From the NCBI GenBank assembly GCA_036172245.1, contig JAYWIR010000010.1:434001-498000 (forward strand): a DNA stretch of 64,000 nt, given 5' to 3'. Every line of letters starts with the position of its first letter. Positions within the stretch are counted from its first letter, which is position 1. The notes under the pieces were generated by a model. It was not told the DNA's origin. It was given only the letters and a program-made list of their open reading frames with translations, and made no database searches. This DNA comes from Raillietiella orientalis. Its lineage: Eukaryota. This document shows positions 1 through 12,377 of the stretch, in pieces. Both the position numbers and the translations under genes were made by a program.

Positions 1-1814
1 GGTCATCCGGAGCTCGGAGGTTGACCTTGGTCCCTTGCGAACCTTGGGCTTGCCATAGTTCGCTGATCCCACGTGTCGTCCGCCCTTGCATGTCGGAGTT
101 TCTACCGGAGCACTCGGCAGCGGCGTTCACACCAGTGGAAGATTACTCACAGCTGCCACCGACGGTCACATTCTTCCTCCTCTGCAGCCCATCTTTCCGG
201 CGGGCGGAGTGAAATCATCATGGCCAACTCTTCGCTCCAAAGTTCCTCCCCCACTCTTCAGGGCGGTTTCAGAATGTGTGGCGCTTCTGGTAGTGGCTAG
301 GCGGGGTCCAGGTTTCTCTCTATCTGCTCTGGTGCTCCGGACAGGGATGACCTCAGGTTGCCAACCCCGTTGAGCCTTCTCGTGTAGCCTAGGTGGAACA
401 TGTACGGCCAATGTTTCCAGACTTTGACATGCCTGATGATTTGCCGCAGATCCTGGTTTGGGGCAGAGCATGTGATGTCACACATGTGCACAGGAAGGGC
501 GCACAAGCACACGCACGATGCCTGCGCGTGCTTCCGGTCGCTGCAGACACACGAACTTCATTTTCACCTCGCTTTTTTCCCCGTTCCACAGCAGCCCGTG
601 ACTCAGAAGCGTCCCGTCCCACGTCCGGCTCTGGGGAGGAGCGCGTCCAGGCGTCCAGGAGGCGCTCTCCCGGTGTTTCGGGAAGAAGGGGGTGGGTGGG
701 ATCGCACCGTTGGCCGCCATGCCGCTCGCGCTGACGTCACGCCGCGAAGCCAGGCTCGGGCCTGCGGGCATCTCCGTCGCCGTCGCGCACCCCGGGGAGT
801 CGCCAGGGCAGCTCCTCCCGCCTCCGGGACCTCCCTCGCTCCCCGAGGAGGAGGAGGAGGACGCTCCCTCCCGGTGGTCGGCCGCGCCGCTTTCCGAGAC
901 GCCCGGCCACGGATGCGGACGGGCACGCGCGCGATCAGCATGGCCGCCAACAATGCAACCCAAACATACCAAATCTAAAAATAGCTGAACAAAGGAAGCG
1001 CGCGGCGGTCGACTGGAAAGCGTCCCGCCTGGCGTCCGGCCGCGCGGCGAAACTCAGCCGCCGAGGAGGGCCGCTCTCGCTCACTCCGTGCTCGCTTGCA
1101 CTTGTGATTACTTCATTCTTCTCCAGAAGAAAGGAGAAAAAGTAAGGAATTAACCTTTGAAATCCATTCTTCCTGCCGAGGTATCCCTCATTTTCACCAC
1201 TGTCTTGTATTTTGTTTTTGCCTCTCCCCCCCCCCTCCCCCTTCTTCCCGTTGTCACCATCGATCTTTATGATTTACGGTCTCAGCTGTGATTTGGGGAC
1301 GTCTCTGTGCAAAGGTAAATATCCGTGTGGACGAAGAGGTTTGCAGATGCAGCTTCTGCCATGACTACCCGCGTGGAGGAACCCGTCACGCAGTCCGTGT
1401 TCCCCCATGACACTTGTTCTCCTTGTTAAGAGGTTGTGTTCTTTGGGGGTGTCGTCCGTCGAGGCTTATCGCATACGTGTTTGCGTCTCCGTATTCAGTG
1501 TATCCGTATTGCAGATGGCTGCTCCCTGAGGTGTCCCGCCGCCAGGGCGTCTCCACGCGCGTGCGCGCCGGCAGGAGGAACGAGGAAGCTGTGCTTCCCC
1601 GGCTCTTCAAGAGAGGGCGCGCGCGACTCCTATCGATCGAAGTTGCGCGCACTTCGGCCGAATTGATTCTTGGTATTCGGAATAGGTGTCGGCTGGACGT
1701 TCCTTTGCCTTCTGCTGGACCGTTTCGGCTCTTATTTGCGGAATTCGACATGACTTGGCGAAGGGAGCGAAGGCGAGGAGAGGTGGAGGTGCGAAGGAGG
1801 ACTTCCAGAGGAAT

Positions 1815-1975
1815 TGCGGATTCTTGCCGTGGTGCCAGAAGGGCTTACGTGACAACCCACAAGTGGAATTCCATGTCCGACGAACGGTGGCAACCAATGA
1901 GCTGCATTCTACCCTCTGCCCCAATATCAACAGAGAGGTCCTCCCTTCTGCTTATCTTTTCATTGTTGCTTATCG
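1815..1975 (+). mobile_element. Highly decayed non-LTR RT fragment (motif remnants, internally deleted)
   Basis: With frameshifts reads ILAV-ARRAYVT (cf. hhhD-x-KAYD) then INREVLPSAYLFIVAY (cf. RQGDPLSxxLFxxxxE); spacing much shorter than in an intact RT. Confidence 0.35.
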
Positions 1976-2009
1976 AGAATCCACACGATACTCAATTGTT
2001 GACCTACCA

Positions 2010-2230
2010 CCGGCCCAATTCCTCTGAAGGGCGCTTCTCCGAAAGGAACAGAGCGCCTCTTGACACTATGGAGAGGTACCAGCCAGCTCAATGTTACTCG
2101 ATGGGGAGGATCTTCCTTCGAGATGGGGCACGGCTCCGTTTTCACAACCGTAAGGGAACCCTCAAGGAGTCCTTGATCCCCAGAAGGATCCCTGAGGGTC
2201 GAATTCCAATTGCGGCCGGTCAACGGAGAC
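2010..2230 (+). repeat. Unidentified dispersed repeat family 2, copy a
   Basis: GAAGGATCCCTGAGGGTCG...GGCCGGTCAACGG and adjacent sequence align by eye with 28200-28645 and 38335-38730. Confidence 0.7.
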
Positions 2231-5200
2231 ATCTCCCTTCCACCGGTGCTTCACCCAAAGCCTGCAGGCCAACCAGCGCCATCACGCGGATGATGGTGAC
2301 CCGAAACCCACCATGCACCCACCTGCTCTCGGCTTCGGTCCTTCCCCTGGGGGGATTCGAACCCACGACGCATGGTGCCGCGCGCAGGCCGCCAGCTCGG
2401 GCACCGAGGGAACCATCTGGCTGCCTACTACCACGCCTCCCCATTCGCCGAGTCATTCCTGTAGCCTCACCCCCCCTCCCGATGCGGGTAGCTGCTGTGT
2501 GCCCCACGGACTCGGTTCGAAAGTAGAGAAGCAGCTTCCCGTAAGTGCCGTCGCAAGAGGAAGGGCGACTCAGGGTGGAAGGGAACGGTACCAACAGGAG
2601 ATCCGGGGAAGGACGAAATGTCGCTGCGGAGACCACGTCCGGGAGCTCTCCCGAGCTGGGGAAAGAGGTCTGGTCCCGGATGCGGTTGAGAGGGTCCGTC
2701 CAGGTTGCGAGGAAAACGAACCCCGGTTAGGACGGGTATTCCCGAAGGCAGGGAAGGCAAGGACGGGGCGGGTGTCTTGCGCCGCGGGCAGCACGCGCAC
2801 CTTAGGATTCATCCGCGCGGAGGCGCCGGAACGGCTGAGCTGCGAAGGAAGGAGCTGTCCAGGCTGCTCCTCTGTCTGCCCACATCCCCCGCATCGCACG
2901 TGCTGAATAAATGGAAGCGCATGCGCGGCGTGCAAACGGGCCGGACACGGGTCATTTGTTCGTAGGAATCGGGGCATCTTTGAAGTGCGCTGTGCGCGCG
3001 TTCGGGTCCACATGCGAATGGGCAGGCGCATGCCGTCGCGGGAGCGAGGACACCGGAGGGGGGTATGTGTGGGCGGGGGGGCGCAGGGAAAAAAAGATGA
3101 CGTCAGGCGCGGGGCGAGCGAGGGCGACCAGCTCTGGGACGGTGCAGCGCCTGTCCGCCCTCCCGCCGGACAAGGAGCGCTGCGGGAAGTCGAAGGAACG
3201 TTGTACGCCCAACGCGGCTGGCAGTCTGCTCGCAGGCGGCCGCGAGGCGTTCGGAGCGCGCGCTCTTCTCCACAGCAGCGCAGAGAGGGCACTCCGTTCC
3301 GAAGGGCGCCAAGGCACCGTTGCCTTCGAAGGCGCCTCGACGAAGGAAGAGCTGGGGACCACGGGCCGCCTCGCTGCCCGCCTCTGCGCAAGAAGAGGGC
3401 ACACCCGTCCGCGAGGACGAGCTCTTCGGGAGCAGCGCCGACCCCGCACCGTTCCCGGAGGGACCGGCAAACCCGGGCGGGACGGCGAAGACGTCGCTCG
3501 GTCGCGCTTTCCGACGAGTCAGCTTCTTGAGGGAGTCCGAGCGCTGAAGAAGGCCAGTGCCATGGGGTCTCCCGCCTGCGAGGAATTTCCTGGTGCGGGG
3601 CTGTGGCCAGCGGCATCCGGCAGCGACGTGAACCAAGCACGACGCAGCGCAGCTGCACTGCGCGCGACCGCTCCGGCGAAAGGATGTTCCACGTTGCTGG
3701 AGGAGAGAGTGCAGGGTCACCCGCACTCTCTCCTCCAGGGTCTCCCGTCGCCCGACGTCGGCGGCTCGCTCTCCGACGCGCGCACGCCGACAACAATGGT
3801 CTGGGAAGCGCGCGGCGGCGGCTGACGTCAAAAGATGGCGGCGGGATTCTGCCTCGCTCGAGAAACCGCTTCTTGCGCGCGGCCTCGGTAAACCCTGGGT
3901 CCACGGCGGAACTTTCCGTGGGAGGAACGGAAAGCTTCCCCCCCCCCCCCTTAATTCGCTACAAACAAGAACGGAGCTCACCCCACCCAGCCGATGTATC
4001 AACTGGACCACAATCAAAATTTAAACCGCATAATCGTGCCCATCTGAGAAACCTTGTTTGAAGGGCAGTCGCTCCTCCCCCCCTCCCCCCCCCTTTAGCA
4101 TGCCTCCGGGCGCTGGTGGTCAGCGAAACGAAAACAATTTCCCCGATCGCGTGCGGGTAAAGACGCTCGGCAGAAGATCTTCGGCAGCCGCGCGCAATGA
4201 AGCGACGGCGCTCAGACGAGACGACGTCGCGCGCAGCGCCGCGAGAGCGCCCCACCCTCAATTCCGCGCGGGATGAACATCCATCCAGTCCCGGGCGAGC
4301 CGGCCATCCGGCGCGAATCGGTGCGGAGGACGGCGCGTCCCCGGGAGGAAATGACATCATTAAGCGAGCCGTTGAGGGCGCGAGGGCAAGCTGTCACGCG
4401 GAAGGGCAGGCCCGCTCCGCGAGGCGCGCGCGCCAACGCGCGTGATGAAATTTTCCCGTATAAAAATGATAATGAAAATAAAATCGCGGCCGTGCGTCCG
4501 GCCACCGCGGGGGCGCGCGAAATTCCGACCAGCCCAGACGTGACCCGCACGAAGAGCGAGAGAGCAAATCGAATGCGCGCAGACGCGGTCGCCTTTTCCG
4601 GGGAGTTACGCCCGCGGGAGCGCGCACCGATAACAGTTTCTTCGCTCTGGAAAGGCAAGCGGGCCCGTGGCCTCTCCTAAGCGGACCAGGCCGGGGGCGC
4701 CCGCCAAAGAAGAGGAAACGAAAGGAAAGGAGAGAAGCGAGGAGGAAGAGGTGGAACGGGGGGTGAAGCGGGGGAGGGGGGCAGGCTGCGCGGAGCGAGC
4801 GTTCCGGAGAGGAACGCGTTCCCTCGTCTCCAAGAAGTACACGGGAAGTACGCAAAGGGTCCGGGAGAAGCGCGCGCGGGCAAGACGACGTGTTCCTCCT
4901 CTGGCCGTCGGCAGAGCCACGGCGACATACGCCGGCAGCGCCGGAAACAGTTGGCACTGAAGAACGCGCAAGAGCGCGCCACTGCATCGTCTCTTCTGTT
5001 TTCGTTCCCTCCCCCTTTCCCTCCTTCCGAAGGAGAGAGGAACGGTCCTTCCTTCTTCCCCCACCCACCCACCCCCTACCCGAGGTGAGAACCTGCTCTT
5101 TGAAAAGAATTCAAGGAGAGGTGGGGAGGGGGGCAAAGACACGAGGAGCTCCGAAACGGACTCAGCAGCAGCACACAAAATCATCAAGTCGCCTCCGGAG

Positions 5201-6385
5201 CGTCGCTCGCCAGAGTGGCGATGAAGGGGGGGCGCCAATCCTCGTCTTGGGTGCCGTCTGGTTCCCCTGCTGCGCGCGTGCGTGCACCCCGTCGAGTGGC
5301 TCTGCAGAGAGAGATGGCTGATTCCTCCCCCCTCCCCTCCTTCCTTCCGGAACGAGAGCGAAGGGCGCGTGCGAAAGACGTATCGAAGAAGTGGATCGGC
5401 GGTCTACTTCTGGGCGCTGCGCGGACGGCACCGGCAATCGGGCGAGGGAACCTCCGGGCAGCTCGAATGCAGGTCGGCACGCGGACGCGGGCCGCGCGCG
5501 CCTCTGCGAGCCGGTGCGAGGATGGACGGCGGCCGCTCGAGGGTGGCGAAGACTCTTGGAGCGCGTCGTCGACCCCGCGTCGGAGGGATGCCGCCTCGTG
5601 CACCTGCCGGGAGTCCGCAGGTTCCGCGGACGCCGACGATCTGGTTTCGGAGGTCAATATCCTCCCCCGCGGCGCGGCGCGGACGCGACGGCCGCAAGAG
5701 AAAATGCCGCAGCCTCAACGGGGCGGATCCGATCCGATGCGGGAAGGCCTCGCTCGGGCGTCGTCCGGCCAGGAGGCGCTCGGCCCGCTGCCGCCCCCGA
5801 GGCGGGCCGAGCCCCAGCGGAACGCCGGGAATCTCTTGTTGCTGCTGCGGGCGCCCGAAGGCTTCTCTCGAGACCCACATCCGCACCCTGGAGGACAGGT
5901 TCGAGAGAGGGCCAGCGCGACCCGCGCGGTGAAGTCGGATGCCAGGAACGGGGGAACCCAGTTTCGTGGGATCACCTTTGAGGGGGAGGGGGCGTCCCCC
6001 TTTCGCAGCCTCACGGACCCCGCCGCTTGGAGCGTTCCGGCCGCGCAGGCGGGGGATCCGAAGCGGGCACCATCTCAAACGTGGAAGCAGATGTGGCCAA
6101 CCGAAGCTGCAGATGGTCGCTCTGTCGAGCGCCAGTCGACGGTCGCAGACAGGAGAGCCGAGAGCGCTTTTTCCTTGGAAGGAAGGGGAAACCTTGGCGA
6201 CTCCAAGATGAGAGCTGCGTCCCTCTCCGAAGAGGCCGGAGGGGACCGCGCACTCAGCGGGGAGCGACGGGCGAGGAGGAACTCCTCCTCCTCATTTTCT
6301 TCCCTTTCTCCGCTTCCTCCTCCCCCTTTTTTCCTCCTACTCTTGCCTTCCTCTTCTTCCTCCTTCTCTTCGTTCCTTCCTCCTC

Positions 6386-6399
6386 CTCCGCCTCGCTAG
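6386..6399 (+). repeat. Left target-site duplication (CTCCGCCTCGCTAG) of the LINE copy at 6400-7321
   Basis: Identical 14-mer at 6386-6399 and 7322-7335, exactly flanking the LINE fragment. Confidence 0.85.
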
Positions 6400-7321
6400 G
6401 TGGCAAGTCTGCTGCCACTTGCCACCTCGAGGTGGCAAGTCTGATGCCGTATCACAGGCAGAGAGAAGATGAGCGGCTGGACCATGGGAGAGCTGACAGG
6501 GGCTGACATGGCTACGACCCCTAGTGTCCAGCCGCGAGGACTAAAAAGATGGGGCGAGCTGCTCGGCATCCGGTCGGATGACTTGAAGTGGCCCCCGGTT
6601 CTAATTGGATCCAGGATTCTTCCCCTGAAGTAGCAAGAGTCGGCGCTTCTGTGGCTGCATTGGGGTCTACCCTGCAACGCGCGCCGCTTCCACTGGACGC
6701 GGGGAAGAGTAAATGCTGCGTGTGACAGGTGTGGGGAGCGGGAGTCCCTCCCCCACCTCCTAGTTGACTGCCCTGCCCTCCGGATTGTTTGGGATCGTCT
6801 TGGAACGGCCCTTGGGATACCGGTTGGTGGCAGCCCCAGAGACGTTTACAGTCTTCTCTTCGTACGGGACGCCCCGAGTCCAGCCGCAGCCTTGGCAGCA
6901 CTTTGCTGCATCCGTGGTATTGTGGCGGCCTGGAGTGATGCCGAAGATGAAGATTGCAACGTGACGGACGTCATCCCGTATGCTGTTCGCTTCCTGCAGA
7001 GAGCTACCGGATGGCCTCAGCTGGGTAGAATGAAGGAGGACCTCGAGGGCATCCTGCAAAGGATGGGCCCTCCCCGTAGTGGAATGTGATCCCTTCCCGG
7101 CCCTCCAAACACTTTTTGATTTTTTTTTTCTCAATTTTATTTTTATTTTTGCTTTCTCCCCCAGCCCCTTCCACTGCCGAGGAGAGTCACACCGGGCTGC
7201 GTCCCGGTGTCCCGGCAGGTCCGGTGTTGCGTGGCCGTTAGTGGAGCCTTGTACCACGTTTTTTTGCATTGACCATGCAAGAGGTTTTTAATAAAGAGGT
7301 CCCGGAGTATCCGGGTGGCAT
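6400..7321 (+). mobile_element. 5'-truncated L1/Tx1-like LINE: ORF2 C-terminus (zf-RVT/CCHC knuckle) plus 3' UTR; best-preserved copy
   Basis: Frame 1 reads PRGLKRWGELLGIRSDDLKWPPVLIGSRILPLK*QESALLWLHWGLPCNARRFHWTRGRVNAACDRCGERESLPHLLVDCPALRIVWDRLG...LEGILQRMGPPRSGM* (stop 7089); CDRC-x7-H-x4-C is the LINE ORF2 C-terminal zinc knuckle; T-rich tract, structured UTR, AATAAA near 7290; 14-bp TSD. Confidence 0.9.
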
Positions 7322-7335
7322 CTCCGCCTCGCTAG
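7322..7335 (+). repeat. Right target-site duplication of the LINE copy at 6400-7321
   Basis: CTCCGCCTCGCTAG identical to 6386-6399. Confidence 0.85.
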
Positions 7336-9989
7336 CACTTCGTCAGGGAAAGCTCCGCACGAAGAGCGGGTTCGGCCACTATTTTTGGAATCCAGGCGAA
7401 AATCCCGATGCGTGTTCAGCGACTTTTCCTTCGCCTTGCAGCGCAGGCCGAGGAGGGACGGTGAAGCTGGGGACAGGAAGGACGAGGAAGAAGGGACGGG
7501 GAAGACCGCGGAACCAGAGCTCCCTCGATGCCACTCTTCGCGCTCAAGCGAACGCCTACACCGCCAGCGGCCACGCGGCAGTCTCGACCACGAGGTCTCC
7601 CGCGGCAACGAAGGCGCGGAAGTCGCGGGACAGAACAGCGACAGCGACAGGGCGGATGGGAAGAGACGCGCGCGAGCCTCGGGCGGCAGCAGCGTTCCGG
7701 ACAGGCGGGCGTGTCCGAGCGGACGACCGCGCTGTCCGTCGGGTGGGTCCCCTCCGCGAGCTCTGAGGGCTAAGGAGGAAAATCCGGGAAACGCCCGGCG
7801 CTCGCTCGCCTGGAAAGGAAGCGAAATCGCCCCCGGGGGTTTCACGGAGCACCCCAGCAACAGCACTCGCTGCTGGAGTGCTCCGTGACCGCACCGCGAG
7901 AGACGATGGTGCGCGCGCGCTGGTAGGCAGCGATCGAACCAATGGGGGAGGGGAGAGACGTCTTCATTCAGAACACCCGGTCTCACACGCGACAAGGAGA
8001 AAAAGAGGAGGAAGCGTTGCCATGGCTTCGCTTCCCAGGAGCTCTCTCCCTGTGCTCCCCGAAGGTCCTCCTCCTTTGGTTTACAGCAGTTCAGGGGGAA
8101 GAATGGAATTTTCTTCGGGCACGATCGGTCCGCTCCGCCTGAGCCCCTGCGCGCGCAGGGAACCGTCGAGCCGGCCCGCTGAGGCCGGCGGAGCTTTCGC
8201 GAGTGGCCGCGAGCCGCGCGCGCCGAGGTGCAGAGAGAGAGAAGGAGGGAGAGCGCGCGCAACAACAAACCCCCGGCCCCGTTGCTAGGTGACGCCCGCG
8301 CGAGATCGCGCGCGAGAGGGCGAACCAACAATGTTCCGGAAGCGGCAGCGACGATTATTAACGGGTTGCCGCTAATTTCCCTCCTCCTCCTCCTCCTTCT
8401 CCCCTCCTCCGCCCCGCGGAGCTCAAGGAACGGATGCGCGCGCGTGAAGTTCAACGACTTTTCCCTCCGACCGGATGGAGGAAGTTCCGCGAAGTTGATC
8501 GACCAGGAGACCCAGAAATTTCGGTGGCCTTTTGTTCGCGCGCAGAGTCCCCCCATCCCCTCCCGCGTTTGCGCGTGCGATGGAGGAGGCGCGCGCATCT
8601 TGGCCCCCAGGGGGGGGGGAGGAAGGACCGACTCTGCCGAAAATCGCACCACTCCCCCTCCCTCCCTTTCTCTGTCCCCCGCCGCCCCCGTTCGGCCTCC
8701 CCGGGCTTCCCTTGCCCCTTTCCCCCACTACAGGGCAGGCTCCGGTGCTCTTCCTCAAGGGCGAGGCTGTGCGACCCTCTCCGAATGGACGCAGGACCAA
8801 GGAAGCGGAAGGTGCCTTCGCGCTCTCCTCAGGCACTATCCAACGTCCACCTCGGAAGATTTTCCCCAGTCTCACGGGGCGAGCGGAGCCGTCAGCAGGC
8901 CAGGGGACCCCACGAGCCCGGAATTCTTTTTTTCCCGAAAAAAGCGAGTCGGCCGTGGTCCTCCGAAGGCTGCAAGCGTCGCCGCCTCCGACGACGCCCC
9001 CCGTCCAGCTGACCCACGACCGAGGGACGTCCAAGCGAGAAAGGACGCTCCACCCCGGGTGGTCTCCCGCAGGACTCACCAGCTTCCACTCGGGGCATCC
9101 GGAACGACCCCCCCTTTCTTCCCCCGGTCACGTCCAGCGAGCGTCGGACTCCAGGGTTCGCCAGCCCTGAGAGCTCTCGCCTGGGGATCCATTCGCAGTC
9201 CCCTCTCGCCTTCGAGGGTGGCTGTTCCTCTCTTCCCAGGTGCTTCCGGGAGCACAGGCCGAGAGGGGCGGAGTGCGGACGGAGGGCATCCTCCTCCTCC
9301 CTTGCTCTTTTCTTTCTCCTCCTCTTCCTCCTTCCTTTCCTCCTCTTCCCTTCGTCCCCCCCCCCACAAGAGAGAAACAGAGAGAGAGAAAGAAAGAGTT
9401 GTTTGCGGTTGACGTGATGCCAGCGGGACCGGCTGACGTCTTTCGGGCGGTTGGCCCGGATGCGTTGGCGGCGCCTTCCGCCGTGGTAAATCTCTTTCAC
9501 GTGCGGACACTCTTGGAATTGTTTACACGGGCACCACCGCCGACCACTGCTGCCATCGAGGAGCCTCCCATAAAGCTGCGCGCGACGACTGCATGAATGG
9601 GCGCCGATTATAAATAACGCACATTGCGCGCGACACCTGCTGGCCGGTGCGCGCAGCCTGGCCGCCGCCGGCGGTGGAGGGACCAGCGCGTGCCAGCTGC
9701 GGGCGCGCGCCGTGCAGCGTCGGCACGTGGCGGTCATCTCGGAGGCCGCCCGCGCGGGCTCCGCAAGGAGGGAGCGAGAAGAAGGGGAAGAGGATCCTTC
9801 TGGAAGCGGCCCGGGGACGGAAGGGGCGATGTCCGGGGAGAGGAAGGCGGACGGGTGCGGAGGACCGCCCTGCGAATTTTCCAGATGAGTCCTAGAGAGG
9901 CCGGCGGAGGAGGGAGTCGCACGGGATGGGGTCCCTGGACGAAGAGCAAGAGCCGTGGGCTTTACGAGCACCCCTTGGGAGTTCCTGGG

Positions 9990-10240
9990 AGCAGCGCAGC
10001 GCAGAAAACGCGGGTCTGACGCTCGAGGCTGCCCAAGCGAGGGCAAACCTGGGGTGTTGTTGGGGACGGGAAAACAGTTGTGGGAGAAAAAGGGCATTCG
10101 GTGCCTCCGCCACATGCTCGAGCGGCGTCACTACCAGCAACGACATGTGCAACAGTCCTTTGGCACTCCGGCTGCCCTCAGCAATCTGAACCAGGTCTGG
10201 CGCCTGGAGACCGGCACCAGGGAGGAGACCGCATCCCGGT
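9990..10240 (+). mobile_element. Decayed LINE ORF2 post-RT fragment
   Basis: QLWEKKGIRCLRHML resembles the W-x3-GI-x2-L motif of Tx1/L1-like ORF2; similar peptides at ~38060-38095 (-) and ~53790-53825 (+). Confidence 0.35.
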
Positions 10241-11544
10241 AAGGGCAAGCCCTCCCTCGTGCGGCAGACGACGGGAGGGGGGAGGAGAGGCCCCCTCGTC
10301 TCTCCTCGCGTCTCCAGGTTTCCGAGCTCTTCGCTTCGGAAAGAGGTGAGAGCGAGAAGTCGTCCGCAACGGCTCTTCCCCTCTCGATGGGCCCCTGGGA
10401 AGCGCGGCTGGCCTCTGGAGCTCCCCGTAGCCGGTCCGGACTCTCAGTCTGCTTGCGCGACTCCCGAAGTCTAAGGCACCGGCGGCCATCTTCGTGGGCG
10501 TAGGGGCCTTCTCCGCGCACCGCTTCGTCTCGGGGATGAACGGCCTCTCCTCTCCAGGAAGTCCTCGCCACCCTCCGTCAGGAGGCAGGTGCCCCGGGCC
10601 TGCCAGCAGCTGACCGTCTGCCCTCTCCGGCAACTTTTGCATTCCCTCCGCGTGCCACACGCTGGCGGGAGGCCACGTCGTGGAACGGTCGTCACAGCAG
10701 CAGCAGCCCGGTTCTCCCGAGAACGCCTCCGATCCGGAGGCCAAGTCAGTCATCCTGGTGGTGGTCCGGACCACCCCCAGGATGACCACTGCCGCCGACG
10801 CTGCTGCCACATATCCGGCAGGAGGTCGCCGGATCCCGTTGACGGCCTCACTCCTTCAGTGAACTCTCCGGACAAAAAACAAAAACAGGGAAGGGGGGGG
10901 GATGAGGGCGCGAGAAGAGCTCTCTAGCGGAGGAGAGGAGCATGCACGTCTTGTCAGTGACCCACCACGCTGGGTAAGGGGGTGAAAGCAAGGGGAGAAG
11001 GGGGCAGGCATGAGAACGAGACGGAGGAAATTTGGGGTCCGCCACCCTCCCCCGCGAAGGGGTCGCGGTCCTCGACGGTTCCTTTCCACGCGCACTGTGC
11101 GACCCATCCGACGCTTTAGGGAGCGCCCTGCGCGAACGCCGATGGGTTCGGGTGCGCGCCCTTCCCGTGAGCTGTGGAACACTGCCGAAGAAACGCGGCG
11201 GGAAGAAACGACGCGCACCTTCGAAACGCGGGTCTTCTGGAAACAGCAGGAGATGCCTCGCCCCTTCCGGCCATCGGCCCTAAATTGGGAAGGAGGGTGG
11301 GAAGAAGATGCTCCGGACCACTTCGTCTAGGGAAGAGGCGGGGAGGGAGGAGGTAGAAAAAAACAAGACTGCAGCTAGCATGGGGGACTCCGCCCTTCGC
11401 TTCCGAAACCAGCGCGTGCGATGCAGGCGTGAAATCAGCGCGGTCAGGTAGGGAGAGGGGGAGAGGTCGAAGGCAAAGTCGCGAGCGGCTGCGGAATTTT
11501 GACTCATCGCCTCCGGCCCGCTGGCGCAAGGACACGCATCACAT

Positions 11545-11815
11545 CCCGGATGCCTGACCAAAAAGGCGCTGCGCCCTGCGCTTCCTGAGGAGGCAGCCGG
11601 ATGGTCCCACCTGGGACGTATGCAGACTGAACTTGCCGGCATCCTGGAAAGGATGTAGAGGACGACCCCAGCGGAACGTGATCCCTTCCCCAGCCCCTCC
11701 CTGCTTTTGTAAATAGTGTTTTCTTTTTTTTGTTTCTATTTCTCCTTTCCCCCTCCGCTGCCGAGTCGAACTCGCCAGCCTGCGTGCTGGATACTCTGCA
11801 AGTTCAGAATTTTTA
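11545..11815 (+). mobile_element. Short LINE 3'-end fragment (end of ORF2 plus structured 3' UTR)
   Basis: CGCTTCCTGAGG...GGCATCCTGGAAAGGATG...GTGATCCCTTCCC homologous to 6988-7100; UTR element CTGCCGAGTCGAACTCGCCAGCCTGCGTGCTGG at 11758-11790. Confidence 0.8.
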
Positions 11816-12377
11816 CGAAAAAAGGCGCTTCGTCCTGGGCGGAGGAGCAGGCTCGCCGCGGCGGGCACGTGCAGATGGCGGCCGACCAGAGGTCCTCCAA
11901 AAGAGCTCTCTGCCCGGAGGGAAGTCGCGGCGGCGGCTTCCTTTGCGGGGGGGGAGCATCCGGGAGCTCGGGGCCTGTGAAGTAGAGACGAAGAAGGGGT
12001 CGCGGCTTCCTCCCTCGGACACGGGGTCCGCCCTCGCTTCCGGCTTCTGTGATCCACTTGATGCGGGTGCTCGTGCGTCCTTCTAAGGGGCATCAATTCA
12101 AAGACGATATCTGGTCAAGCTACTCCTGGCGCGGCGGTGCAGACGCAACATGTCCAGCTGCGGACAAGAACCCCGGAAGATGGTCAAGCTGACCAGGACC
12201 AACAACCGGATCTTCTGCCGGCCCAAGTGAATGGTAGTGCCTGGCTGCAGAAAACCCTCCTCACGTGGACCAAGAATAACGAAGCGAGCACGGAGATGCG
12301 GCAGTGATTGCTGCGCTCCTACAACAACCACTCGATGAAGGATGTCATCGTGCAACCCACCAGCTGGGCGTGGGCTC

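Noticed and set aside
1110..1320. Possible micro-exons (CAG/GTAAG and AAG/GTAAAT signals)
   Set aside because: Splice-like signals alone, with no recognisable peptide or partner exons; cannot be supported without RNA-seq.
1414..2526. 370-aa plus-strand ORF as a real gene
   Set aside because: Chimeric read-through across RT debris and a family-2 repeat; motifs fall in different frames.
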